Shown here piece after piece: positions 42,407 to 54,240 of a DNA stretch of 64,000 nt. Location of the stretch: NCBI GenBank assembly GCA_951406725.2, contig OX597816.1, positions 153,822,001 to 153,886,000 of the forward strand, given 5' to 3'. How positions within the stretch are numbered: the first letter of the stretch is position 1; each line of letters begins with the position of its first letter. This stretch comes from Octopus vulgaris. Taxonomy: Eukaryota. Below the pieces are notes generated by a model. That model did no database searches. It saw only the letters and a list, made by a program, of their open reading frames with translations, and was not told where the DNA came from. The translations under genes and the position numbers were made by a program.

Positions 42407-44461
42407 GTATCCTCATATTTTCTTCTGTTTTTTTCATAACCAACAATGTTTGATTGATTTATTGAACATTGCATCGAAAAAAGTATTCAAAACTAAAACA
42501 ACTGTTATATGTATATATACATTGATTAGTTTGTTTGGGTTGCCGCCACTTGCTTGGCTGGTCAGTTTTTGAAATTGTAGAGCGGATCCATCAGTAAAAT
42601 CTTCCTATATATTTAGTCGATTGTTTCTTCTTTAGCTCTGTCATTTTCATTTATACTCACTCATTTTAGTTTTTCGATTCAATGTTTATAACATATTTTG
42701 TTTGAATTTCAGTTCAGTTTTTTTTTTCTTTTGGTTTGTTTACGAAACATACAGTTTATTACTACTATTATTTCGAACTCTTCATGTTTTAGAAGCTGAA
42801 TTAATACCTTTGATTAATTTGTTATAAAGGGAAAGAAAGTTGTGGCATTCATGCGTTTCTGAATAATCAGTGCATCGTCGATGAAACAGTTCTAAATATT
42901 ATTTAAAACAAGGATTATACGCTTTCTTGGAGAAACTTAACCGCACAACGGAGCCGGTCACATTACTAATACATATTCTACTTGAAGCTAAGTTGGATTA
43001 GTTAATGTTAAGGAATGACTAATTTGACTCGGGGATACCAACTAAACAAAATATAATTTGGAGAACAAATAATTACAATTGTTAACTTTTTTCTCGTGAA
43101 TTTGGATGATCGTGAAGTTTTCCTTTCAAAGTTGCGAGAGTGTTCAAAGGCTCGAAATACGAAATTTGCAAATGTTTAATGATCAAACGTTTGCTAACAC
43201 ATATAAACAACTTGTTTTCCGGAACGAACATAGTGGTTAGGTCTGCTAGAAATAACAGCAGAATGTTGGATCCAGACACACTGAACAAAGGACTTATGCG
43301 TGAGAAAGCTGAATTAAAGAAACTATAATGTTAGTAAACTGTCAAAATAAGTGCCGGGATAATATTTACTTGTCACCTTTTAAAGTATTGGCGGCATAAT
43401 TTAAAGAGAAACTGAAACCGGTTCTCGTACTTGACTCGCAGTAACTTTATCTCGGTATCGAATTGCTCGACAAAATCTTAGATATGCCATCTCCAAAATT
43501 ACCAATATACTTCGACTGTTAGACCAGAAATACTCTCCTGCCACCCGATAAATTGAATGCCGTTAGCGATGACCTACAGAAGTTCAGGCTGGACATCAAC
43601 CACATTGATCACACCAATTCGGAAGGGCTTTGCTAAGGTTATTATGGATTGTCGTTGTTATCTTTCTCTTGTTGCCAATCATGATTATCATCCAATGACT
43701 GCTGGCTGTCATGGAATCAGTGTCTACAATTAAAAGGTTGTAAAAGAAAATGTATCTACCAAACTTAGTCGAAGAAAGAATACAGCTCCATTACTATCTC
43801 AGATGGGTCCAGAAAAATAGTAGGGAATTCTATACAATGTACCTAATGTAAACTATGTATGCATGAGAGATGCAATGGGATCACAGGTTTAATGACATAG
43901 AATGTTGCAGTTGAACGAGTGATAGCAGTATTAGTACTATGAGTTCAAAGCTTTTGTTACCAAGGTAACCTAATCAACAGTGGAAGTGTATGTTCCAAAA
44001 GCATAGTAACCAAGAGTTAGACCCGGGTGTAAAACGTTAAGAGAGTTATCACTGTAAGAAAGTGATTCTCTTGTAAAAAGCAGATCGTCAGGTGTTTGTG
44101 CACAAAGTATGATGTTTCCTGGTAGTGAAATGTGCATTGAATGCAAAAGATGTATAAAAGCTAGAAAGTAATGAACCAAACATATTTTAGGGTACATAAA
44201 TATTGGGATAAAAACAGAGAAAACCTAGAATAAGAAGAATCAAATGCACTGTACAAAAGAAATACTGCAGGACATGATGTTTTTGGTGGATGATAGTGAG
44301 TGAATAAATACCAAGCAGTTCACTAGAAGAAACACATTTAAGAGGAAGACATGGAAAGAAGTGAAGGCTGATATCATGATGATGAACCTCACTTAGACAA
44401 TGACAAGTAGCAAGACATGGTGCTAGAAAAGACCTCTCAAACTCAAACAAGCATGCTAAAA

Positions 44462-45385
44462 AATCATCATTTAGCATCCATTGTCCATACTGACATGAGT
44501 TGGACAGTTTGACCAGGGCTGGTAAGCTAAGGGACTCCAGTTTGATTTGGCATGGTTTCTATAATTAGATGCCCTTCCTAACACCAACCACTCCAAGAGT
44601 CATGGGTGCTTTTATGCACCACCGGTATGGGTACCAGTATCTGCCACGACTATGATTTCACTTGGATTGATGGGTCTTCTCAAGCACAGCATAATGCCAA
44701 AGGTCTAAGTCATCTATCATTGCTTCCATGAGGCCCAACACTTGAAAGGTGTTTTTACATGCCACTAGCACTGGTGCCAGTTATGCAACACCAGCATTGG
44801 CCACGATGCAGGTCTTCTCAAGCACAGCATATCGCCAAAGGTCTCCATCACTAGTCAGTATCTCCATGAAGCCCAGAGTTTGAAGATCATGCTTCACCAC
44901 CTCATCCCATGTCTTCCTGAGTCTACCTCTTTCACAGGTTCCCTCCACAGTTAGAGGTCAGCACTTCTTTACACATCTGTCCTCATCCTTATGCATCACA
45001 TGATCATACCAGTGCAGTCATCTCTCTTGCACATCACATCTGATGTCTCTTACGCCCAACTTTTCTCATAAAATGCTTGTACTCTGTCATACATGCACAC
45101 TGACATTGTATATCCAGCGAAGCATGCTGGTTCCATTTCTTTCAAGCCTACACATAACCTCAGCTGTCAGAGCCCATGTTTGCTGTGTAGCATAGCTGTT
45201 TGCACACAGGCATCATACAGACTACCTTTAACTCTGAGGGAGAGGCCCTTTGTTGCCAACAGAAGTAGGAGTTTACTGAACTTTTACCAGCCTATTCTTA
45301 TTCTCACAGCTTTGCTCTTGGAGCACCCACCTCCGCTACTAACTTGGTCACCTAAATAATGGAAGCTATCTAATACCTCGCTTAC
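44462..45385 (-). mobile_element. Degenerate RTE LINE 3' portion with tail
   Basis: Reverse complement of the RT C-terminal coding region plus tail. Confidence 0.83.
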
Positions 45386-45678
45386 CCCCCTGGTAAAAAC
45401 AAGATGTAAAATAATGATAAGTAAATTAGTTTTTCATACCCATCTTTATATGTGTGTGTGTGTGTGTCGTTTTTTGGACCAATGGGTATATGTCAGGTAG
45501 TGTGTGGAGTAAAGCACATTCAGTTTGGGCTACCTGGTGTCATCCACAATTGAGGTGTATATCTGCTGGATCTACATCAAGAATTCCACAGTGTTAGTTG
45601 AGGTAATGATAACTGAAGGAGACGGAAGATAGATTTACTGCTAAATCTGTCCGCCATCTCCTTCATCAATTATTATTA

Positions 45679-46480
45679 TTATCATCATCATCATCATCAT
45701 TCATTTAGCGTCCGTTTTCCATGCTAGCATGGGTTGGACGGTTCAACTGGGGTCTGGGGAGCCCGAAGGCTGCACCAGGCCAGTCATATATTCATATAGT
45801 TATCATCATCATCAATTATTGTCCATGCTGGCATGGATTGGACTGTTTGACCAGAGCTGGGAAGCTGCACCAGACTCCAGTCTGATTTGGCATGGTTTCT
45901 ACTGTTGGATGCTCTTCCTAACACCAACCACTTTACAGAGTGTGCTAGGTACTTTTACATGGCACCACCAGAAGGATCAATCTTAACACTTCTGCTGCAG
46001 GGTACAGGTCATCATGAGTACAGCCAGGTACTAGGTATCTTGGTCATCTCATTTGAAAGGCTCAGCTTCTTGAGGTCACTATTCTTCATCCTATGTCTTC
46101 TGGGTCTCCCACTACCAAGTGTTCCATCAACTTTGAGAGATCATAACTTCTTTATGGAGCTGTCAGCAACCAATTCCTCTTGTGCCTAACTTCTCTCTTA
46201 GAACACTGGTACTCTGTCAAACATGTACACTTACATTACACATCCAGCAAGCATACTAGCCTCAGTTCTTTCTAATCTTCACATGTCCTCTGGCCTGTGC
46301 TGGTGGCACGTAAAAAGCACCCACTACACTCATGGAGTGGTTGGCGTTAGGAAGGGCATCCAGCTGTAGAAACATTGCCAGATCAGATTGGAGCCTGGTG
46401 CAGCCACTAGCTTTCCAGACCTCAGTTAAACCGTCCAATCCATGCCAGCATGGAAAACAGATGTTAAACGTTGATAATGA
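45679..46480. mobile_element. Cluster of RTE tail fragments: two minus copies (about 45679-45785 and 45805-46290) and one plus copy (about 46290-46480)
   Basis: Tail motifs catgctagcatgggttggacgg and aggaagggcatccagctgtagaaac occur in both orientations. Confidence 0.8.
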
Positions 46481-46679
46481 GCATTACAGGTGCTGAAATG
46501 AGAGATTATAAGTATGAATGATAGGGAGAAGAGAATGGGGAAGGTAGGGACAGGTAAAGTGATAAGGATATTGCAATAAGGCCTAGTGAATAGTGGAGGT
46601 AGCAAAGTGATGGGGATGGTGGTATCTGTGGTGTGTGTACATGCATGTATGCATGCACTTTCACATACACACATACATC

Positions 46680-47160
46680 TCTTTGAAGAACATCTCTCTT
46701 TAGACACGTGTTCACAACACACTCAATTCGTTGATGTGTGGAGATTTTGAGACACCTCACTGTTTCAACCTGGCTGTGTCTCTTCAGTCAAACCTACCCC
46801 TCAGGTCAATGAACCGAAACAAGAGTGATGGCTCTTGTTTATAGAAATCAGTGAACATTTTTCTGGTACATGCTGCTGTCTTCCAAACTGATATCTTATC
46901 ACATGCATACAGAACAGTGGTAGGCACATGAGGATTTGTCATCAGTTTGGCAGGTATATATCAACAAATGATTAATTTGCTGATTTCTATAAACAAGAGC
47001 CACCACTCTTGTTTAGATTCATTGATCTGTGGATAGCTTAGATAGAAGAGAGACTCAGCCAGGTCAAAACACCACGGTGTCACAAAGTTCCCTTACATCA
47101 GTGGATCAATAGTCTTTGGAGAACATCTCTTCCGGAGGGGAAAAGATGTTCTCCAAAGAC
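46680..47160. mobile_element. Palindromic MITE-like element (~480 bp)
   Basis: Termini tctttgaagaacatct / agatgttctccaaaga; internal arms aaacaagagtgatggctcttgtttatagaaatca / tgatttctataaacaagagccaccactcttgttt. Confidence 0.75.
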
Positions 47161-48112
47161 AAAATACAACAGCAATTAGTAGTCATATTCAGGTCTGTGA
47201 GAACATATTAAGAATGAATAAGTTTGTCAATATCACTCTTATGTGTACACATAATTTATTGATTTCAAACTTTTGTCTTGTTATCAAAATGATAGACATC
47301 AACATGGCTTGGGCTAGTGCTTGTTGTTTTCATGTATCAGTAATTCACATCACCAGTCAGCAGATGTAAACCAACCAACACAGGTGCTATGTTATAGATT
47401 GCCAGAATAGAACTGAAGAATGACTACTCACACAAAAAAATATATTGCATTCTCTGAAACTATTAGAGTCACTGTTGTGGTTGGGGGTTTTATATTATTT
47501 CCCCTCACACATTGTCATCTTGTTGTCATAGTTATTATATTTACTATTTACCCTTTATGTCATTTTTATATAACCAACCACCACAAACTGAAGAAGCTAC
47601 TCAGCATGCTCCATGGAGCAGCCAGTATTCCCCAACAAACTTCTCTTCATCTTTAAGAAATAGAGCATATGTTTTAAAGCCTAAGTTTTGACAATAAGCG
47701 CCACAATAAATTTGAGCTGGTCACTGCTAAAATATGAATAGAATGATCATTTCAAAGTAAACCACTAGATATTTTACAGCTGCATACCCGTAGTGTTTCA
47801 TCTGTGAGTTTACCACTAGGTATTTGATCAATTAACTCTATTATACATGTACTCAGAGTTAAACCAGTCTACTAAATAACACTAAACCATTTTATTCAAG
47901 TTGCATTCATTTGGTTTACACTAAAGCAACAATCTAACTTTTAATTACTTAATATGTATATCTGCATCTCTATCTAGCAGTGGAGTGAACCACAGAGGTT
48001 GAAGAACTAGTGTTTTAGTATGGTGCCATAATTTATTTTATTTATTTATTTACTTATTACAGCTTGCAAATTTCTTTTCACTTTTTATAACCCTGCCTTG
48101 CATCCATTACAG

Positions 48113-48537
48113 TTCCAAAACTGGTGATTCTTCGGAAGAAACTGTTGCTGAAGTTGCATCCAGTAAGAAAGAAGAGAGTGAAAAGAAAGAGGAAACACCC
48201 AAAGAATCTGAAAATCAGGAAGATATGGAGGTCGAGAGTAAATCATTAGACAAAAACAGTGAGAACAACAACAATAAGAAAGACACTGAATCATCAGAAC
48301 AGCCACAGCTACCAACCACACCACCACCTCCACCTCCAAATGAAACTGAAACACCACCTCCACCACCACCTGATGACTCCCCATCCATGGAAACTGAAGT
48401 AGATAATGCGCCCGACACACCAGCTACCATCCCTGCCACACCAGTGGCTGCAGATATGGTTGACCTTTCAGAAATGGAGACTGACATGAACACAGCCTCA
48501 AAATCAAACGATACTGATGAAACAACATCCCAAACAG
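48113..48537 (+). CDS. ASH2L: ASH2L-like exon 2, acidic/Pro-rich low-complexity region
   Basis: Acceptor catccattacag, 425-nt open frame (SKTGDSSEETVAEV...TPPPPPPNETETPPPPPPDD...ETTSQT-G), donor G|gtaatg; phase 2 to 1. Confidence 0.85.
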
Positions 48538-48608
48538 GTAATGGTCTTCAAGGGAAAAATGAGGTTGTTGATGTTTGGTAGTTTTGTTTTTTTAGAGCAT
48601 TTTGTTCA

Positions 48609-49228
48609 TCTATATATATAAAACTCAACTTGTGTGTCTGTGTGTTTAACTTCCCGGCACATCTCCTCCTAGTCAACAAATCATAGAACCACCAAAAATG
48701 GGTCACTTAAAGTTTAGGCGAATGAAAATTGAACTGTGCTATTTCTGTTCCGAAATTCATCTCGCAAGTGCAAAAATCGATAATGTGTTTGTTTAGGCCT
48801 TATCCCATGCATTGAATAGTGAACTTTACTCAGTCAACTGTTTGGCGTGAACTGTGTTCACCACGCATGCAAGCATGCGTAAATTGCATGAAAAATAAAA
48901 AATCAAGATATAAAAACCAATTCGGCAAAGAAATGAATATTCGGAGGGTATATTCGTATTAATCATTTGGACTTTGTGAACACATACCAATTGTTTTCAT
49001 AACATTTTTAACGCTTTGAATTAAATGTGACCATTTTGCATTGAGTCTGCAGTTTGAATCACTTTAACCAAATTTTAGCAGGCCAGATTTTTGATCATCA
49101 TGATACATCGCCAGCGACTCCCTGAAATCCCCGTTGAGAAATCTATTTTATATATAATAATACTTTGAATGTGACTCCTGAGAAAGAGTAAAAGTAATTA
49201 TCCGATGAACGACGGGTATTACTGCTAG
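48609..49228 (+). mobile_element. Non-autonomous Helitron (620 bp)
   Basis: 5' a|TCTATATATATAAAA; 3' imperfect hairpin ccgatgaacgacgg followed by CTAG|t. Sits between A and T with no target-site duplication; CpG-richer than flanks. Confidence 0.8.
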
Positions 49229-49771
49229 TATACAATAATATGCAGCACCTGTGATAATGAGCAACATAAATCTGGAAAAAGTATCTTTCAAGTATGATAC
49301 ACTATTACTTTTGTTTAGTATTCTGATGTATGAAAAAAAGAGTAGTTATCCAGATTATTATAATTCTAAAATACTTAGAAAAATTTCACATATCCTAAAC
49401 AAAATAAAATGCTAATTGAAAAGTGACCTTTGAACAGTGTATGTTAAAAAAGTGCACCTGCTGCAAAATCAACACTGTGCAAATGACACAATTATTTCTT
49501 TTTCCATTATTTTTTCTCCCATGTAGCACACAAATATATACAATATATTAGATTGTATTAGTTAATGATCACAGGTCAACTTTCAGTACATCATCATTTA
49601 TTGTCAATATCAGAAATGATAGCTCTCTTTACCCTATGATTAATTACGTTTGCCAGTTTGCATTCTATTACTAACCAGTACCCCAGGTTCATAACTAATC
49701 ACCTTAATTCTCAACACTGATCTCGATCTCTCTCTCTCTCTCATAATAATTAAAGTTTTCATACCTGTCAG

Positions 49772-50003
49772 GTGCTGAAGATGTTGAATCATCCCAAACC
49801 AATGCAGATAGCTTTGATGAAGAGAACACAGACTACACTGCTGGGAAAGCTGCACAGTTTGGTGAAAGGAGAATAAGCGATCAGACTAAAGACACTAAAA
49901 TGGACTCATCAGAATCAAAAAGTTCAGAATTTGATGCGGACCCTGATAAAAGATCTGTAAAAGAGTCAGACGCAGAACCAGTTAAAAATCCACAATGTTA
50001 CTG
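49772..50003 (+). CDS. ASH2L: ASH2L-like exon 3 (AEDVESSQTNADSFDEEN...EPVKNPQCYC)
   Basis: Acceptor cctgtcag, donor TG|gtgagt; 232 nt open, phase 1 to 2. Ends in the CYC that starts the PHD finger. Confidence 0.88.
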
Positions 50004-50769
50004 GTGAGTTTAAAGTTGAAATTTTTTATTGGCTTTGTCAGAGGGAAAAGGATGGTTTTATAACCTTTCTCAATGTCTCTGAGACTGATGGAGATAAAGT
50101 TATCCTTAGACTGGAAGCCAGGTGCAAATGCTTGCAGCAGAATAGGTTCTGTTAAAGGCTCACATGTATTAGGTGATGATCTTTAACCAGGAAAACTTCT
50201 TAGCCACACAGCCATAGCTCCTCCCTTGAATATAATTGTGAACAGTTCATTGATTGGATTCATCAAAGATGAATAGACCATCATCTGGTTTACATGAATA
50301 ATTACATTCACTTGATTGGCTTATAATTCTCAAAAGAATCCATTGTGATAATGTATGCTTTACAGCCACTTAGAATTATTTTCAAGTTCAAGATTTATGA
50401 ATACTTGCACTTTAATAATGTTATAAGTGCTATATGTAATCTGATCTGAAAGAAATAGGAAATTTCATAACAGGTAGGTGCAGATACGACTGTGTGGCTA
50501 AGAAGTTTGCTTTGAAACCAAGTAGTTTGGAGACTAGTCCCATTATGTGGATGCTGCCATCTGGTGTCCTGTACTTTAGATGTGAATTGACTAATACTTC
50601 ATGATGAAATTGGTAGTTGGAAACTGAAAAAGCTTATAATGTTATCATCATCATTACCTTCCTTTAACACCCACCTTCCATGAAAGAATGGGTTGGACAT
50701 ATGTATATATATATGTGTGTGTGTGTCTATGTATAGATGCTTATATGAGTGATCTTGTATTTCCCCTCA

Positions 50770-51160
50770 TCTTGTGTGTTTGCTAGTTATAAACAAGAAA
50801 TGCAGATAGTATGGTGTTTGTGTAAGGGCATCCATACTACATGATAGCAAGATATAGACCATGAATGCAGAGAATATGCAAAGATTAGAAAGAAATGAAA
50901 CGTGCATGTTCTGTTGAATGTGTAAAGTCAGTATGCATAAACAACAAAGTACACATGTTGAAAACTTGAGCATAAGAAGTATCAGAAGGGATGTACAAGA
51001 GAGAAGACTGCACTAATATAATCATGTGATGTATATTGATGAAAATAACTGCCAATTGCTAAATGTAGATGGAGCTTATGGAAGAAGGAAACTCAGGAAG
51101 ACAAGTAACACAATAATGAATACTAATCTCAGGAGAGAATGACAAAGGACCAAAATTGTT
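50770..51160 (+). mobile_element. Highly degenerate RTE RT C-terminal fragment
   Basis: Similar to LINE 13410-13800 (agaaatgaaac, caagagagaagactgc). Confidence 0.65.
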
Positions 51161-53874
51161 GGCCAGTCACACATTGTCTATGTCTCTATCAAGCCCTCTC
51201 TATGACTCATCTTCCTTATACTTTAATTATATGAGAGCAAAAATACACATATCTCATCCCTTTTTGCATTACCAGTTATCCCTCTCTTTGGAACCACTTC
51301 CTTTTCTCACCTGTCCTACATTCTCAATATCATCCTTTCCTACTTTATTTTCCATTCAACACCCCTTCCTATGAGCTACATTTTATGGCTGCCACATTTC
51401 ATGCGTAACACCCTTTCATAACTACTATCATTCTCAATACCCTTAATATCAGACCTTTGTTTGTCACTCACTATGTCCACCCCCACATACCTCTAAACCT
51501 CCATCTCTGTCACTGGTATTCACCATCAACCATACTTCCACACCAGTCCACCATTCACTGCATCCACCTTTGACCCCATAACAAGCCATCTTTCACACTC
51601 TTATAAATTTGCCCACCACTCCTTCCAGTCCTCTGTCCCTTTTCTATCTTATATTTAGTTTTTCTACCTTTAGCATATACCCTGACACCTCATCACCACC
51701 ATTTTTTTCTCACTTTCTAACTCAGTTAGCTATGTATCTCCTCAATATCAAGACACCTGTTCCTCCTTCTCACTCTTACTTTAATCTCTCAGCACTCACT
51801 CAGTTGAGGGATTTTGTCTTGTGAGCTATTTAAGGACCTCACTAGTGCTGATGCCACAAAAAACAACAACACAAAATACACTCTGTAAAGAGGTTGCCAT
51901 TAAGAACGGCATCAAGCAGAGATTGGGGCTTGATGCAGCCTTCTGATTTGTCAGATCCTATCAAACCATCCAAGCATGGAATATAAATGTTGAATTATGA
52001 TGGCAGTGGCAGCAACTATTCTTTTGGCTGTTTTCTATTGCCTTTATCCCATCACATACTCTTACCTTTGCTATTATCAATCACAATCTCTAGATTCCAC
52101 ACAAAAATTCTGCCTTTTCTATTATACTCTTGCTCCTTCCACTTAGCCATTTTTGTCTTTCTACTATCATCATTCTCTTTCCTGTTTCTTTCCTTGGCCT
52201 ACACATCTTAGGTTACTGACTTCTCAACATTTATTTAGTACAAGATATACCCCTTCCTTTGCTGATGCGACAGTGGAAAGCACCTCTTCTGCTGCATTGT
52301 CTCTGAATGGTAAATGAGATAACCTCTAGTGCTGTGCCATGAAAAATGCACCCACAATACACTGCAAAGTGATTGGCAAGTGAGCAGAGAAAGTGTGATC
52401 TCCTTTTAATACTGTCTCAAGGAGATATCAACCTCTGCAGTATTGATGCAAAAGAAAATACACCCAGTACCCTATATAAAATGGCTGACAATAGAAAGGG
52501 CATTCAGCGGCAGAAACTAAGCTAAGATGCTACATACAAGCACCAGTTTACGATAGCTGCAGTTCCTAATGAGAATTGACTTTGACTTAATTCCACAACT
52601 GCCAACAAGGAAAGCGCAAATGTTAAATGTTGATGATGATGACATTAGTTAGAAAGGTGGAGCAAAGTACTAAAAGACTAAAAGATAAGAAAGAAAGGTT
52701 TTAGAAAACAACTATGTTGAGATGAATATTTAACCTTCATTTTCTGCAAGTATAATTCTTAATTCATCAATTACAGCTATAATTTTTTTATATGGAAATA
52801 ATCGTTTTGAACTGTTATTTATTTACCTGTTGAGTAAAATCCTGTACACACACTTTTTTTTTAACATATCTGCTTGGTTCAATCTCAGCTCAAAGTTGGT
52901 CACATAATTCTGAAAGAATCACAAGACAAAAGTTTTCTGTATTTGAAATATGTGATAGAGGGTAAAAATATTCATGAATGTTATACAATATATCGTAATT
53001 ATTACCGTCCAACCCATGCCAGCATGGAAAGCGAACATTAAACAATGATGATGATGATTAGAGAGGTCACATCACAGCATTTACTACAAACAATATCTGG
53101 GGAATGTTACCCAACTATCAAATGTTAATTTTATTTATTTATTATTTAAAAATTCAAAATGTAGCACAGATGATTTATGATTTGATAAAAATTTATTGCA
53201 ATGGTATAAGTTTGGGAACCACTGGTTTTGATATTTTATGTATTAGTATATACTGGTATAAATAAATGAAACTATACCTATTGCTTACCTCTAAACTTGT
53301 CTCAATTTCTTGGATTAGTTTCTTTTATTATTAATGAATTTTAATTTATCATAGGCAAAGGTATGGATGTGTGGTTGGGAATTTCACTTGATAACAATGT
53401 GGTTTCATGTTCAGTCTTATCACACAGCTCCTACTGTGATTCAAGCCAAACTGAATTTGGTGCGTGGCAATTGCAGTAAATATATATATATATATATATA
53501 TATTTACTGCAATGCCATACACACACACACACACATACACAACAGTAGAGAGAAGGATTAGCTTGACAATAGAAAAAGCATCTGACTCTAGAAAACTCGC
53601 CTAAATGAAGTCCATCTGGCTCATGCAAGTGTGGAGAAGTGTGATGATGATGTGTGTGTCTACATGCAAACTTACATAAATGTTATTTCTTGTTTGTCAC
53701 CACTTGGGAAAAACTGATGATGTTGACATTCTCTGTTGCCATAATGACTGGTTTGCTCTACATTTTCAAAACATCTGAAGTTAAATTTAAGAAAATACCT
53801 TGTTTGACAGGCCAAAAAGGCTTGGTGACAGGAAGGGCATCTGGCCATAAAATCCTACCTCAAATAACTAACTC

Positions 53875-54240
53875 GCTTATTTAGTCCATAGCTCCCTCCA
53901 CTCCTGCCTCTTATGGATCTTCCCCATGTTCCTGGCCCCGTTGACCACCTTTTCATACCTTACCAATATAAATTCTCTCACAGGATCCAATCTTTGCACT
54001 TTTCTAAACTTCTGATTCCTGCATCTTAACCAGCATTATCTATTGCTCAACATGCACCCTGTGCAACACTTTGTACATTAGTCAAACTAGCTGTCATTTA
54101 GCTGACCAATTCACACATCTTTGTGACATCAGACACAGAAACCAAACCTCTGGTGCTCACAATTTTCACTCTCTGAACCACATAACACATCAGTATTTGG
54201 CCATAGACTGTGAAAACACAAAAGAACAAAAATTGGTGAA
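53875..54240 (+). mobile_element. Penelope-like element remnant (GIY-YIG endonuclease)
   Basis: 54032-54181 translates SIIYCSTCTLCNTLYISQTSCHLADQFTHLCDIR...GAHNFHSLNH, matching the PLE motif VIYCI.C..C..LYIGET.R.L..RF.EH...VA.HF...H. Confidence 0.75.

Noticed and set aside
53100-53224. hAT/Charlie-like terminus (gtttgggaaccactg)
   Set aside because: Only one convincing end and no 8-bp target-site duplication identified.
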